This document shows positions 1-9,218 of a DNA stretch of 64,000 nucleotides, in pieces. The DNA is from a virus. The notes beneath the pieces were generated by a model. That model searched no databases and was not told where the DNA came from. It saw only the letters and a program-made list of their open reading frames with translations. The DNA lies in IMG/VR virus record IMGVR_UViG_3300024348_000026, positions 3,530-67,529 of that record; one strand, 5' to 3'. Numbering within the stretch: the first letter of the stretch is position 1; each line of letters begins with the position of its first letter. The position numbers and the translations under genes are program-made.

Positions 1-81
1 TAGCCGTTTTTGTAATACTTTTCTAGCTTTTTCATATTATAAGTTTTCAGCGACCAAAATAAATAAACTAGTTACTGCTGT

Positions 82-387
82 TTATCCAAGGAATCCTTTG
101 ACGATCCACCCGATGAGCAGTGCCATCGCTGGCGATAAGAACGCGGTCACTACGCCCGTAACCATTCGCTCCGTTGCGGATTTCTCCTTGTCCTCGTAGC
201 TGTCGTATTGGTGCGTCAGGAACGAGACTACCAGTGCCAGCCCTATTGATTGAGCGATGCCCAGCGGTGCCGCCCCGAACGTGGAGACAATGAACCAGAG
301 CCAGAGCTTGCTCAGTGCGTATCCGCGCCAGATTGGCGAGACGATCAGGGTGACTAGGATGGTGGTGATGATGCCAATTATTTTCAT
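82..387 (-). CDS. membrane protein, GC-richer than its neighbours
   Basis: 101-aa ORF with several hydrophobic segments. Confidence 0.7.
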   Translation of the reverse strand: MKIIGIITTILVTLIVSPIWRGYALSKLWLWFIVSTFGAAPLGIAQSIGLALVVSFLTHQYDSYEDKEKSATERMVTGVVTAFLSPAMALLIGWIVKGFLG

Positions 388-391
388 GTTT

Positions 392-910
392 TCAGTGTTT
401 GGTTGGTGATTCGGAAGAGGATGAACAAGGGGGCGATGGCTCGCGAGTAGTATTTGCTCTATAGCCTACATTGTCAAGATAATTCTTTACTTCTTCGATA
501 TGAACCATAAGATCGCCTGTTACTTCTTGCCATTTTTTATGCCACAAATTGCGTAATTTTAAAGCCTCGTCTCTTTCGTTTTCGGCTTTTGCCGCCATTT
601 CTACAGCGCATTCCCATTTATTTTGCCAGCCTTGGTTTGCTATTTTCAATAGCTCAATCTCCGAATCCATCCATTTGATTCCTTCTACCACGCAAGAATC
701 GCCAATATTAAGTTCTGCCTCTTTAGCATATTTTCCGCCGCATTGAAAAATATCTGCTGCCCTAGCGTGTTTCCTAATGGTGGAGATATAAAAATCTTTT
801 TGTTTTTTTTCTGATTCAAGCTGATCTTCTAGATGCTCGTAATCTTCCGCTTTAACATAGGTGCCAGCGAAATTGTCGTCTGGGAAGGAATAGTAGCGTA
901 GTTTTTTCAT
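392..910 (-). CDS. hypothetical coiled-coil phage protein
   Basis: 172-aa ORF tightly packed in a minus-strand run. Confidence 0.7.
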   Translation of the reverse strand: MKKLRYYSFPDDNFAGTYVKAEDYEHLEDQLESEKKQKDFYISTIRKHARAADIFQCGGKYAKEAELNIGDSCVVEGIKWMDSEIELLKIANQGWQNKWECAVEMAAKAENERDEALKLRNLWHKKWQEVTGDLMVHIEEVKNYLDNVGYRANTTREPSPPCSSSSESPTKH

Positions 911-911
911 A

Positions 912-1154
912 TTAATATAAGTTTAAATATTTGCCGATTTCTTTGACTTCTGGAATTGAGAATGGGTTTATAGAGATCCGTTGCGAAATTTCTCCTTCTA
1001 TAGCTGATTTATAAATATTAAAAAGAAGAATCTTTTGCAGATAATCGGCATTTTGGTGAGCGCCGATTGTGTTGTAGAGGTCATTCATTTTAGCGTCTCT
1101 ATCATTCAAGAGACGAACTGCTTCGGCGTGGGTTGCGTTTTCTGTAGTGAACAT
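912..1154 (-). CDS. hypothetical protein
   Basis: ORF packing. Confidence 0.65.
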   Translation of the reverse strand: MFTTENATHAEAVRLLNDRDAKMNDLYNTIGAHQNADYLQKILLFNIYKSAIEGEISQRISINPFSIPEVKEIGKYLNLY

Positions 1155-1158
1155 TTTG

Positions 1159-1461
1159 TTAGTTTCTTACGGGGCCAATGCTATAACTTTTCCCTTCTGC
1201 CCATGCGATTACTGATGGACTTGAGCGGACATGATCTGCGGTTACTCGTTGGTTAATATTGGAAGAATAAATAGTTTTTTCACCATTTGCTTTCCTCAAG
1301 CTCCAACGAAAATATGCTTTTTTACAAAGTGCTTTCGTTACTTCGATAATATCTCCGTCATGTTCTACGAACAGAGAAGAAGGATCGGGGTTTAATGATT
1401 GCATCCACACACAAGCTTCTGTGGTTTCTACTGGCCCCAAGTTTTGATGAATGAAGTGCAT
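1159..1461 (-). CDS. hypothetical protein (leaderless)
   Basis: ATG 6 nt after a -10 box. Confidence 0.7.
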   Translation of the reverse strand: MHFIHQNLGPVETTEACVWMQSLNPDPSSLFVEHDGDIIEVTKALCKKAYFRWSLRKANGEKTIYSSNINQRVTADHVRSSPSVIAWAEGKSYSIGPVRN

Positions 1462-1467
1462 GGGCGA

Positions 1468-1496
1468 AAGTTAGGCTTTATTGGCTGAGTTGTCAA
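1468..1496 (-). promoter_or_regulatory. sigma70-type promoter
   Basis: TTGACA-N17-TAACTT-N6-ATG. Confidence 0.65.
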
Positions 1497-1737
1497 CCTT
1501 AAAACGATCAAACCACTCATTTAGTTCATAAAAATCAACATCATGCTCCAAATCTTCATAAGAACTCCATTTTTGATCTAAAAACTCAAAACTATAATTT
1601 TCTTCTGATAAAGCTTTTTCTTTTGCTTCAAAGAAATCGACAAAAGCTTGTTCTTTAGAAGAGTATTCGAAAGGGATAAGCGTATCACCATCTGCTTCGT
1701 ATGGAACGCACCAATGATGCTTGAGGATTAGTTTCAT
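1471..1737 (-). CDS. hypothetical protein
   Basis: ORF. Confidence 0.65.
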   Translation of the reverse strand: MKLILKHHWCVPYEADGDTLIPFEYSSKEQAFVDFFEAKEKALSEENYSFEFLDQKWSSYEDLEHDVDFYELNEWFDRFKVDNSANKA

Positions 1738-2216
1738 TTCTTTAGTTTAAAGAAAACAGTGTATAGGCAGAAAAGCGTAAAAACGCCCCCGATAATAATA
1801 AAACAAGTGATCATCTTTTTTTGCAGTTTGGGCAGAGAGGTCTGCCAGTGGATGTATAGTTAATAGAACTCCAACAACGGGGGCATAGGCCGAAGAAATT
1901 AACGACCTTCCCCCAATAGTATCTGACTTTGTAGCCGAAGCGGTTCATGTGCGTAGATTAATGAATTTTATCGTGATCGTCAACATAAAAACGCAGGAAT
2001 GGAAAAATATATTCAAACCCTCCAATACTTTTAAGATGTAAATTATCACCATCAAACCATTTTGTCCAATCGTCCAAAAATCCTCCGTATTTATAAGTAA
2101 AAATAATTTCAAAATATTTAACAGAAATACAAATAGATTTTTCGTCTACGAAATACCGATATTCGTTTTCTATTTTAGACTTAAGCTTTGCTGTAGTTAA
2201 ATAATTCATAAGTCGC

Positions 2217-2573
2217 TTAGTCCCAACACCATCTGTCTTCTTCCTTTGTCCTTTTGTTAGAGGGAATTTTATCAAAGTCTTCTTTTTTGATTGCGTCCCT
2301 CGTCGCAGCCCGATCTTTATCGTTCGAAAACTTTTTAACGTTTTTCCTCATGGATGTTTGCTGACTGGAATCAGTATAGGCGCGAGCAAGTTTAATGATT
2401 TCCCTGCCTGTCCATTCGTTTACTCCGTCCCGTTTGTAACGGGAAGAGTATCTAGCATAATAATTTTCCCACGGTTGTCCATTTACATAAGAAACGGCAT
2501 ACTTATTTTTATTAAGCTTAAGGACTTTAATGCCTCGTTGAAAAAGAATATCTGTTGCTTCTGAAATGGTCAT
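2217..2573 (-). CDS. hypothetical protein
   Basis: ORF. Confidence 0.65.
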   Translation of the reverse strand: MTISEATDILFQRGIKVLKLNKNKYAVSYVNGQPWENYYARYSSRYKRDGVNEWTGREIIKLARAYTDSSQQTSMRKNVKKFSNDKDRAATRDAIKKEDFDKIPSNKRTKEEDRWCWD

Positions 2574-2735
2574 ATATGTATTTATAATAATTTAATTAGC
2601 CAACGGCATTGGCGCTTTTCTACCTAATTTATCTATTTAGAGACTACGGACCATGCTTCCCTGCGTCATTGTATGCTGGGTTTTTCCGTGTTATTCGCCA
2701 AAAACTCAAGACAGTTTTGCCGTTAGCTAAAATTT

Positions 2736-3023
2736 TTAAGATTTAAAGTATCGTTCTGCACGATCTTCAAGATACTCGAAATGTTCGCGAACTACTTCGG
2801 CACGTTCAGGGACCGAGGGAGCAAAAACTTCATCATTCACAAGCTTAGGGTGAGTTGCCCGCGCAAGAGCAATATTGTAGCCGAGCTTCTTGTCGAACTG
2901 GTCTTTTGGGTTACAGAGAGAATATCCAAGCAAATTGTCTTTGCCGTCCCTTACGAGAACAGCAACGCCGATTGGTTTGCGAGTATTAATTTCTCTGATA
3001 TACTTTTTAATTACTGTAGTCAT
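2736..3023 (-). CDS. conserved phage protein (GxSxCxxxDxFxKxxGxxIAxxRA motif)
   Basis: GYSLCNPKDQFDKKLGYNIALARA, a motif common in large phages. Confidence 0.7.
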   Translation of the reverse strand: MTTVIKKYIREINTRKPIGVAVLVRDGKDNLLGYSLCNPKDQFDKKLGYNIALARATHPKLVNDEVFAPSVPERAEVVREHFEYLEDRAERYFKS

Positions 3024-3058
3024 GTTTTTATTAGTTGTCTTGTTGAGGAGATTCTTGA

Positions 3059-3310
3059 TTAAGTATCGGTCTTTGTCAATGCAATTTCTGCATTTCTTTT
3101 TTGGCGCATCTGTTCTTCCATTAGGTCATTTTGTCTTTCAAGTTGATCTGCCATTCTTTTTTGTTGAATTGCGCTTGCTCGTTCGGGCCAAAAATACATT
3201 GATTTATCAGGACTTCTTAGTCCCTTTGTTAAGGAAAAAATCATACTCAAAACAACCACTCCAATAGTTATAGCTACTAAAAATTCTACAAGTGCGAATC
3301 CTTTTTTCAT
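3059..3310 (-). CDS. prepilin-type N-terminal cleavage/methylation domain protein
   Basis: MKKG|FALVEFLVAITI matches the G|FxxxE class III signal. Confidence 0.75.
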   Translation of the reverse strand: MKKGFALVEFLVAITIGVVVLSMIFSLTKGLRSPDKSMYFWPERASAIQQKRMADQLERQNDLMEEQMRQKRNAEIALTKTDT

Positions 3311-3319
3311 CTTAATGTT

Positions 3320-3685
3320 TTATTTATCGACAAACTCTTCTTTTATCATTTTGCGAAACTCTTCTTCGGTGGCAGTCAACCATCTGGCGGGTTCTCCGTC
3401 ATTAAACATCCACTTGCGAACACACATTTTTTGAGAAAGGAATCTGGCGTATGCCGCCTTTTTTAACCTATCTTGTGTGTTGCTGTCGGCAACTAGCCCC
3501 CACATTAGGAGTCCTCGCCATTCGTCCAATTCACGCCGAAAAAGCTCCTCATAAATTGAACCACAGTCAACTTTATCTCTCCCATGATTAGTCAAATAAG
3601 ATTTAACCGCCCCAAAGGCTTCAATCATTTCACGAATATTCATGATTCGCCCAAGAGCTTCTTCGATCATTTGTTTTTTGTTCAT
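3320..3685 (-). CDS. hypothetical protein (leaderless)
   Basis: ORF directly after a promoter. Confidence 0.7.
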   Translation of the reverse strand: MNKKQMIEEALGRIMNIREMIEAFGAVKSYLTNHGRDKVDCGSIYEELFRRELDEWRGLLMWGLVADSNTQDRLKKAAYARFLSQKMCVRKWMFNDGEPARWLTATEEEFRKMIKEEFVDK

Positions 3686-3691
3686 GTGTGT

Positions 3692-3719
3692 ATATTAGTT
3701 TAATAATCAGCCATGTCAA
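3692..3719 (-). promoter_or_regulatory. sigma70-type promoter
   Basis: TTGACA-N16-TAATAT-N6-ATG. Confidence 0.7.
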
Positions 3720-3765
3720 TCTTATATTTGTCGAAAAAATAATAAATTAGCCCTGATGTTCTTGT

Positions 3766-4341
3766 CTAAATTGTATAAAGTTTATTCATCCAATCAACAT
3801 AATCTTGGCTATACCAATAAGGTTTTTCTGTGAATTTCCAAGTTGCTATGTCTTTTTTATCGAATATATAATACATTCTATATTTGTCAATAGGATGGAG
3901 ATATTCAAAAAATGGAAGCTTGCGGCATTCGCAATCTGGATTAATGGCAACTGCGTATGCTGTCATTCCATGAAGGGTGGATGGCAAGAAGTCTGGCGCT
4001 AACGATTTCGCTTGATCCCGCATTTTATAAATTCCAGCTTCACAAAAATGAATTTTATTATATCTTTTTGTGTATTCTTTGCATAGAGCGATACCAATTT
4101 CCGCACCCTGCATAAAATTAAAGTAAGAGTCCCCAAACCATTTAGTTACTGGATGATTTTTATGGGATTCTGCTGGCGCAGACCCTGATTTTGTAAATGG
4201 AAGCTTTTGATTGTCCACTCCGCGACGAATTAAAGCAGAAACCATCATTTGAAAACTTTCTGTGGGCATCTTAACGATGTGTTTGTCACAGTGGAATTTT
4301 GCGCATTCTCTAGGATCGGACGCAAGCAAGAATAAGTTCAT
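3766..4341 (-). CDS. pyrimidine-dimer DNA glycosylase / endonuclease V-like family protein
   Basis: MNLFLL...CDKHIVKM, HKNHP, LCKEYTKRYNKIH, YRMYY..DK motifs; start set from TTGACT-N16-TAAATT-N6-ATG. Confidence 0.75.
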   Translation of the reverse strand: MNLFLLASDPRECAKFHCDKHIVKMPTESFQMMVSALIRRGVDNQKLPFTKSGSAPAESHKNHPVTKWFGDSYFNFMQGAEIGIALCKEYTKRYNKIHFCEAGIYKMRDQAKSLAPDFLPSTLHGMTAYAVAINPDCECRKLPFFEYLHPIDKYRMYYIFDKKDIATWKFTEKPYWYSQDYVDWMNKLYTI

Positions 4342-4443
4342 ACGCAAAATTTATCCTTTTCAGAAAGAAAGTCAAGAAATATCTTCTCCGCGCAACCAAT
4401 TATCAAGTCCGAAGCTCTTCGCAGGAAGAGACGGATTGTTTCT

Positions 4444-4791
4444 TTGTTGGAGTCTATAAGGCTTAATGTGGATTTGATTGATATTGCTCTTGGCTATACC
4501 GACCTAAAGGGACTCGGGAACTTCCCAATGGATGGAACGACACTTGGGGCGAGAGTTTCCGCCTGTGTTGACGACCTCCCCACTGAGACGATCAAGAGTC
4601 TGAATTGGGAGCGATTTCAGTTGGATCATATAGCCTTCAAGGTATTAGTGGCCAATATTACCGTCTCCACCGCTGGTCATATATCGACCAGCCCCAGCCC
4701 GACCCTTTCCGACGTTTCCACTCATCTTCGGGAGACGAAGGAGAATCTGACTTCCCTTTGTTCCCAGATAGTCGCCGCCACAAAGAAATGA
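4444..4791 (+). CDS. hypothetical protein, integron-cassette type (possibly 5'-truncated)
   Basis: GC-richer plus-strand ORF whose stop lies 4 nt before an attC R'' box. Confidence 0.55.
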   Translation: MLESIRLNVDLIDIALGYTDLKGLGNFPMDGTTLGARVSACVDDLPTETIKSLNWERFQLDHIAFKVLVANITVSTAGHISTSPSPTLSDVSTHLRETKENLTSLCSQIVAATKK

Positions 4792-4795
4792 AGAA

Positions 4796-4925
4796 GCACA
4801 ACAAGACGTGCATGGCAATCCCCACTAGCCCATTTGTCGGCGGAGTCTTGCATGGCTTCATGGTTTTACCCCCCGTTTTCGCATCGACACCCGCTAGTTG
4901 GGCTGCCATCACTTTTACGTTAGCC
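4796..4925 (+). mobile_element. attC-like site 1
   Basis: R'' GCACAAC ... R' GTTAGCC; arms ATGGCAATCCCCACTAGC / GCTAGTTGGGCTGCCAT. Confidence 0.75.
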
Positions 4926-5126
4926 TCGGAAAAATGCGATGAGCGCGTTATATCCAAGGACATGCTCCCAGCGTTGGCGCATTTCCTCCCACTGTTCTGG
5001 GCCATTAGCGGGGGCGTGGCATTGCCGTTCCCGCTCGATATTTTCCGCAATCATTACGTCGCGTTCTGCGATCATCATTTGCGTTTGCGCGGCGATGAAT
5101 GCCGCTTTTTCGGTTGGAGTATTCAT
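4920..5126 (-). CDS. cassette-borne hypothetical protein
   Basis: 68-aa ORF filling the interval between attC1 and attC2. Confidence 0.65.
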   Translation of the reverse strand: MNTPTEKAAFIAAQTQMMIAERDVMIAENIERERQCHAPANGPEQWEEMRQRWEHVLGYNALIAFFRG

Positions 5127-5137
5127 AATTCAAAGAT

Positions 5138-5228
5138 GGCTAACAAGTGGATGCTGGCAACGGCGGGGGCTGCCTTGTTGGTTTATTCGGAGTCTAGCGC
5201 CCGCCGCGCCAGATCCTTGTCGTTCGGC
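5138..5228 (+). mobile_element. attC-like site 2
   Basis: R'' GGCTAAC (exact complement of the preceding R' GTTAGCC) ... R' GTTCGGC; arms GGATGCTGGCAACGGCGGG / CCCGCCGCGCCAGATCC. Confidence 0.8.
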
Positions 5229-5296
5229 ATCAGCAATCACACGATTGAATACTAATTCTTGAAGCTTTCGGATTTGAAGCTGTTCTGTCGTGCCGC

Positions 5297-5761
5297 TCAT
5301 TGTTTTAGTTTTTTTATTTCCGCAATATAAGTTATTCCAATATATCCTGAATTTTCAAAAAAATTGCCGATAATTTCGTATCTTTTCCAAAAATAAGGTC
5401 TTGTTGGAGCATGATTGAATTCCCAAAGATCGTAGGGACAAATTTCAGGACTTCCAACATTCAGACCTTTAGACAAGCAAAAAGATCCCTCAAAAAATAC
5501 TACCTGCCCAACAGAATAAGTGTTCGCGGCAGGATTCCACGAACATTTTAAAAAGTCTCCTTCGAAAATTTTATTTCCATTTTTATCCTTTAGACCAGTA
5601 TATTGTTGAAAAACACAATCACTCGCCTCTAAATTAGGATTGCGACAAAGGGAATTAAGAATTCCAACGCAACGAATTCCAATCGCATCAGCGTTTTCGT
5701 AACTTTTTAGATAGGCGTTGATTGATTTAACCCAAACCCTGAATTCAATTTCTCTTTGCAT
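5297..5761 (-). CDS. YopX family protein
   Basis: REIEFRVW...QQYTGLKDKNGNKIFEGD...EIIGNFFEN. Confidence 0.9.
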   Translation of the reverse strand: MQREIEFRVWVKSINAYLKSYENADAIGIRCVGILNSLCRNPNLEASDCVFQQYTGLKDKNGNKIFEGDFLKCSWNPAANTYSVGQVVFFEGSFCLSKGLNVGSPEICPYDLWEFNHAPTRPYFWKRYEIIGNFFENSGYIGITYIAEIKKLKQ

Positions 5762-5767
5762 GGCCAA

Positions 5768-5795
5768 ATTGTAGTTAAAACAGAGAATCAGTCAA
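5768..5795 (-). promoter_or_regulatory. sigma70-type promoter
   Basis: TTGACT-N16-TACAAT-N6-ATG. Confidence 0.7.
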
Positions 5796-5945
5796 GCTCT
5801 TTCTTATCACAAATAAAAAACCCAGATTCCCCCAAAGAAGGAGACACGAAATGTCCATGATACGACAAACCTTTACAATTGCAGCAAACGCTCTTTTTAC
5901 GAAATGCCACTGATTTTCGCTTGTTCTTTTTCTTATTCGGAATCT

Positions 5946-6215
5946 TCATAACTTCTCTCTTAAATATTTTCCATTCCCATCTTTAGAGTCTGCTATTTCG
6001 AAACTATAGCCATTGGTCAAAAGATGATTAACCATTTCTACCGCTAATCTTTTGTATTGTTTGGGAGAAAGATTGTCGATTGAAATGACCCCAAAATCAA
6101 GACCGTAATCTTCAAATTTATATTCCCCGTCCCAATATTCGCCGCCAAAAGAGGAAAAAGAATCATTGGGTTCTGCGGAGGCATAAAGTTCTCCATCATA
6201 TTGTTTTATTTTCAT
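5946..6215 (-). CDS. hypothetical protein
   Basis: ORF; likely start MKIKQY. Confidence 0.6.
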   Translation of the reverse strand: MKIKQYDGELYASAEPNDSFSSFGGEYWDGEYKFEDYGLDFGVISIDNLSPKQYKRLAVEMVNHLLTNGYSFEIADSKDGNGKYLREKL

Positions 6216-6234
6216 TTTTATTGATTTATTAATT

Positions 6235-6286
6235 TTCGAACAGGTCGCTGGATCAGACCTACGGCTGGTCAGCTTGGCTGTTCTGC
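6235..6286 (+). mobile_element. attC-like site 3 (short)
   Basis: R'' TTCGAAC ... R' GTTCTGC; arms GCTGGATCAGACC / GGCTGGTCAGC. Confidence 0.7.
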
Positions 6287-6564
6287 CCGAAAATAGAATC
6301 CAACAGCGCATCTTCGGGTGTTTGTTGCAAAGCTACTGGGCGGCTCGGACACGGAATGATTGAATACCCCTTCCTCCCGTAATTGAGATGACTGCGATCA
6401 ATCGTGGCCTCTTCGTGAGCGTGGCACAGATCGCCTTTAATCCATTCCCATTCGTCCACGCCATGCCACAAAATCAAGAAGGCAGAACAAGCCGTATCAT
6501 CCAACCCCTCGGGGCTAGGTTGTTCGGCGGTGTCAGGCTTCGGGGTGTCGTTTTGGTTTTGCAT
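6259..6564 (-). CDS. cassette-borne hypothetical protein
   Basis: starts inside attC4 (MQNQND) and ends inside attC3. Confidence 0.6.
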   Translation of the reverse strand: MQNQNDTPKPDTAEQPSPEGLDDTACSAFLILWHGVDEWEWIKGDLCHAHEEATIDRSHLNYGRKGYSIIPCPSRPVALQQTPEDALLDSIFGQNSQADQP

Positions 6565-6608
6565 AGTTTTATGGCTTCGATTCGGGGTGGATGGACTCAG
6601 CGTTCTGC
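6482..6608 (+). mobile_element. attC-like site 4
   Basis: R'' GCAGAAC (complement of the preceding GTTCTGC) ... R' GTTCTGC; arms CATCCAACCCC / GGGGTGGATG. Confidence 0.75.
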
Positions 6609-6865
6609 TGAAAATACTCACGAAGGTATCGAAGGACTTGAGCCATTGCGGAATGATCCGATTCATCGTTAATGTCCCAAATCTCCAAGAGGCTTCCGAC
6701 CGTCTCCACGCGCTCCACTTTGCGAGACCATTCGCCATTGTGTTCGGTTTCGTCCACGATGAGAGGTAGATCCTCCCAACGCAGAACAAGGCGTGAGACG
6801 CAATCCCCACCAGTCTCTTGTTGGGTTACGGTTTCTGACTTCGGTATTGATTTATCGTTTTGCAT
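6569..6865 (-). CDS. cassette-borne hypothetical protein
   Basis: starts inside attC5 and ends inside attC4. Confidence 0.65.
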   Translation of the reverse strand: MQNDKSIPKSETVTQQETGGDCVSRLVLRWEDLPLIVDETEHNGEWSRKVERVETVGSLLEIWDINDESDHSAMAQVLRYLREYFQQNAESIHPESKP

Positions 6866-6912
6866 GGTCTTGGGGTATTAGTGGTGGGGATGCGTCCACA
6901 TTGGCGTTCGGC
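6781..6912 (+). mobile_element. attC-like site 5
   Basis: R'' GCAGAAC ... R' GTTCGGC; arms GTGAGACGCAATCCCCACCA / TGGTGGGGATGCGTCCAC. Confidence 0.8.
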
Positions 6913-7169
6913 GGAAAGGGCATCGGCATCCACCACGCCACAAGGTCTTGTCGCACAGGTCGGCAATCGAGGCGAAACTCTCCCTGCATTGGGTTGTGGC
7001 GGAAAAAGTCACCACGGTGCATTGTGATCGGGTAGCGATACCAGGAAGACGCGCCCGTTCCGTCAGCGTAACACCACAGCACATGCTGGAGGTGTTCAGG
7101 AAGTCGCTCGTGAACACTAATCCATGCGGCTGATGACCGACCCTCAATAGCTTTGCTGTTACTTTCCAT
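6852..7169 (-). CDS. DUF551-like phage protein in a cassette
   Basis: WISVHERLP...VAWWMPMPFPP. Confidence 0.75.
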   Translation of the reverse strand: MESNSKAIEGRSSAAWISVHERLPEHLQHVLWCYADGTGASSWYRYPITMHRGDFFRHNPMQGEFRLDCRPVRQDLVAWWMPMPFPPNANVDASPPLIPQDHAKR

Positions 7170-7210
7170 GGTCTGATTCAGTTGCGGGCGTCATAGCCCC
7201 AGCGTTAATT
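7115..7210 (+). mobile_element. degenerate attC-like site 6
   Basis: arms GGCTGATGAC / GTCATAGCC; R' GTTAATT; R'' decayed. Confidence 0.5.
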
Positions 7211-7297
7211 TTTGAGTGCTAAGAATCCAAAAAGCATTAGAGATAAAAGAAATCCAAAAAGAATAAGCTAAAAATTTTGAAAGGTTCATCTTTTATA

Positions 7298-7498
7298 TTA
7301 ATTAAAAGTTGTTTTTACTCCGTTGGCAAATGCGCGGCGAGCATTCTTTCGGCGTTTCCGTTGCGACCTCGGCCAATTAATTTGATCGGGGCGCAGGGGT
7401 TTTGGTTTAAGCTGACTCAAATCGATGCCTAAGTCTGCGAGACTAGGCGTATTATTTAAGATTGCAATACTATCTGTCGTATTCGTGTTCGGACTCAT
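7298..7498 (-). CDS. small basic hypothetical protein
   Basis: ORF downstream of a TTGACA box. Confidence 0.55.
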   Translation of the reverse strand: MSPNTNTTDSIAILNNTPSLADLGIDLSQLKPKPLRPDQINWPRSQRKRRKNARRAFANGVKTTFN

Positions 7499-7977
7499 GT
7501 GTTGTTTTTAGTGTATTTTTAAAATTTGTCAATATTATTCTTCAATCCAGATAATATCTAAGGGAAATTCGTCTTTTGTTCCTAGATATTTGCCATTAAT
7601 CGAATGATGGATGATGCATCCAGTTTTGTCTTTCATTGTCAAGACGCGAAAAGAAGTGCCGATTTTCTCTGTAGTAAGCAAAAGGCCGAATTCTCCGTTG
7701 CGGTATTCTATTCTTTTATGTGTTGTTTTGCGAATGTTCATATTATTTTTTAATTCCGCCTTTCCATAATGGCGTTCCGTCTTTAGTTCTATTGTCTGTT
7801 CCTGTTGTGGAAAAACAACCGTCATAACAATGCCAAGGAGATCTATTTATTCTTTGCCAGTTGTAAGTCATTTTACCACAGCAAGCGCACTTTTTTCGGC
7901 TATTCATTTTTAGTTTAATTGTCTACAGGTGGAGGCATGTAGAATTCGATTGTGTATAGTTTTTCGTTTTTCATAAA

Positions 7978-8244
7978 TTAATAAATTTCAAAAGTCTCCC
8001 ACTCAATTAAACCTTGTGGGTGGAAATTGCACCCTCCGCAACCACCGTCCCGCCCCTGACAAATTATACAGATTTTACTGTATTTTTGTTTATTGAGAGA
8101 ACGGATTATTCCGCTGCCGAGGCAGCTAGAACAGGTTTCGCTTGTGTAATGTCCACAAAATGTATCATAATCTCCTTCTCCATTGCAGGTTGGACAGATA
8201 AGTAGTCCTTGGGATTTTATGAATTCTTTAATCTCTGAGGTCAT
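7978..8244 (-). CDS. DnaJ-type CxxCxGxG zinc-finger protein
   Basis: CPTCNGEG, CSSCLGSG, CIICQG. Confidence 0.7.
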   Translation of the reverse strand: MTSEIKEFIKSQGLLICPTCNGEGDYDTFCGHYTSETCSSCLGSGIIRSLNKQKYSKICIICQGRDGGCGGCNFHPQGLIEWETFEIY

Positions 8245-8322
8245 ATATTTTAAACTCCATTTTTGCCCATTTATCTACAGGCGGCGGCATGTAGAATTCA
8301 ATGTCATATAGTTTTTCTACTA

Positions 8323-8781
8323 TTATCTTTTGGGTCTTAATTTTTCTCGTCTGATATTTAAAGTCGCTTGACTCTTTTTGACTATTTTTAATTTTTCGTG
8401 GAGAGCTTTCGTTTGCTCTAAGATTTTTTTATCTAGCGTTTCTTTTTCTTTATTCAATTCTTCCATCCGACAATAAACAGAAACCTCTTCTTCTGTTGTT
8501 CTGCGGATCATTAAGTCTCCGCAGGAATGCAGACGAGACATTTTTAGATTACTCCCCTTTTTAAGATTAAGCAATCTTTTTTTCTTTGTTTCGGGAAGTA
8601 TTAAAGCTAACTTTTCTATCTGTTCTCTTGTGTAGATAAAATATGGTTTTGTCTCGCCCATTTCATTAATCCAACGAGAGAAATAAGCATGAATAGATGA
8701 TTCGGGTCTGGAAGAATCATAAAAATAATAATAATCGTTCATTTTATTTTTGCACCATGGGCATTTTGTTGATTTTCTCAT
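8323..8781 (-). CDS. hypothetical protein
   Basis: ORF with ATGA overlap. Confidence 0.65.
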   Translation of the reverse strand: MRKSTKCPWCKNKMNDYYYFYDSSRPESSIHAYFSRWINEMGETKPYFIYTREQIEKLALILPETKKKRLLNLKKGSNLKMSRLHSCGDLMIRRTTEEEVSVYCRMEELNKEKETLDKKILEQTKALHEKLKIVKKSQATLNIRREKLRPKR

Positions 8782-9218
8782 TGGCCCTTTAACTCTTTTA
8801 TTGATTCTTTAATTTGCGTGATATGAGCTTCAATACACTCTGCTTCTCTTTTATTTCTGGGAATTGTTCGGCCAAGATTGTTGTCGTGAGTAATCAAGCA
8901 TTCTTCGGCGTATTCTAATCCAAGTTTTAAAGAATCAATGACTGAATAAATTGTATCTTTTTTGACTTGCCAAATTTCAGGAATGTATTCTATCGGGGTA
9001 TATGGCCCCATCTCTGAGCCATAACACATATTTTTAAAATTTAAATATTCTTCGTAAGAGTATTTTAAACAATAACTTTTGTCATGATAATCATCTTTAT
9101 TTTCTTCACTTAATCCAAGAAGCTTATCGCATTTACGGCATTTTGAATAAGGATTTCTTCGGCAGTCTTTCTCCCAATATTTAGGATCTTTATCCCACGT
9201 TTCGTCTTCCACGCTCAT
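8778..9218 (-). CDS. hypothetical protein
   Basis: ORF with ATGA overlaps. Confidence 0.65.
   Translation of the reverse strand: MSVEDETWDKDPKYWEKDCRRNPYSKCRKCDKLLGLSEENKDDYHDKSYCLKYSYEEYLNFKNMCYGSEMGPYTPIEYIPEIWQVKKDTIYSVIDSLKLGLEYAEECLITHDNNLGRTIPRNKREAECIEAHITQIKESIKELKGQ

Noticed and set aside
418-450. GAACAAGG...-type half attC next to the GC-richer gene 82-387
   Set aside because: No matching right arm or R' box was found; at most a relic.
4605-5262. Overlapping ORFs 4605-5255, 4658-5050 and 4939-5262
   Set aside because: Probably shadow ORFs of GC-richer cassette and attC sequence with few stop codons.
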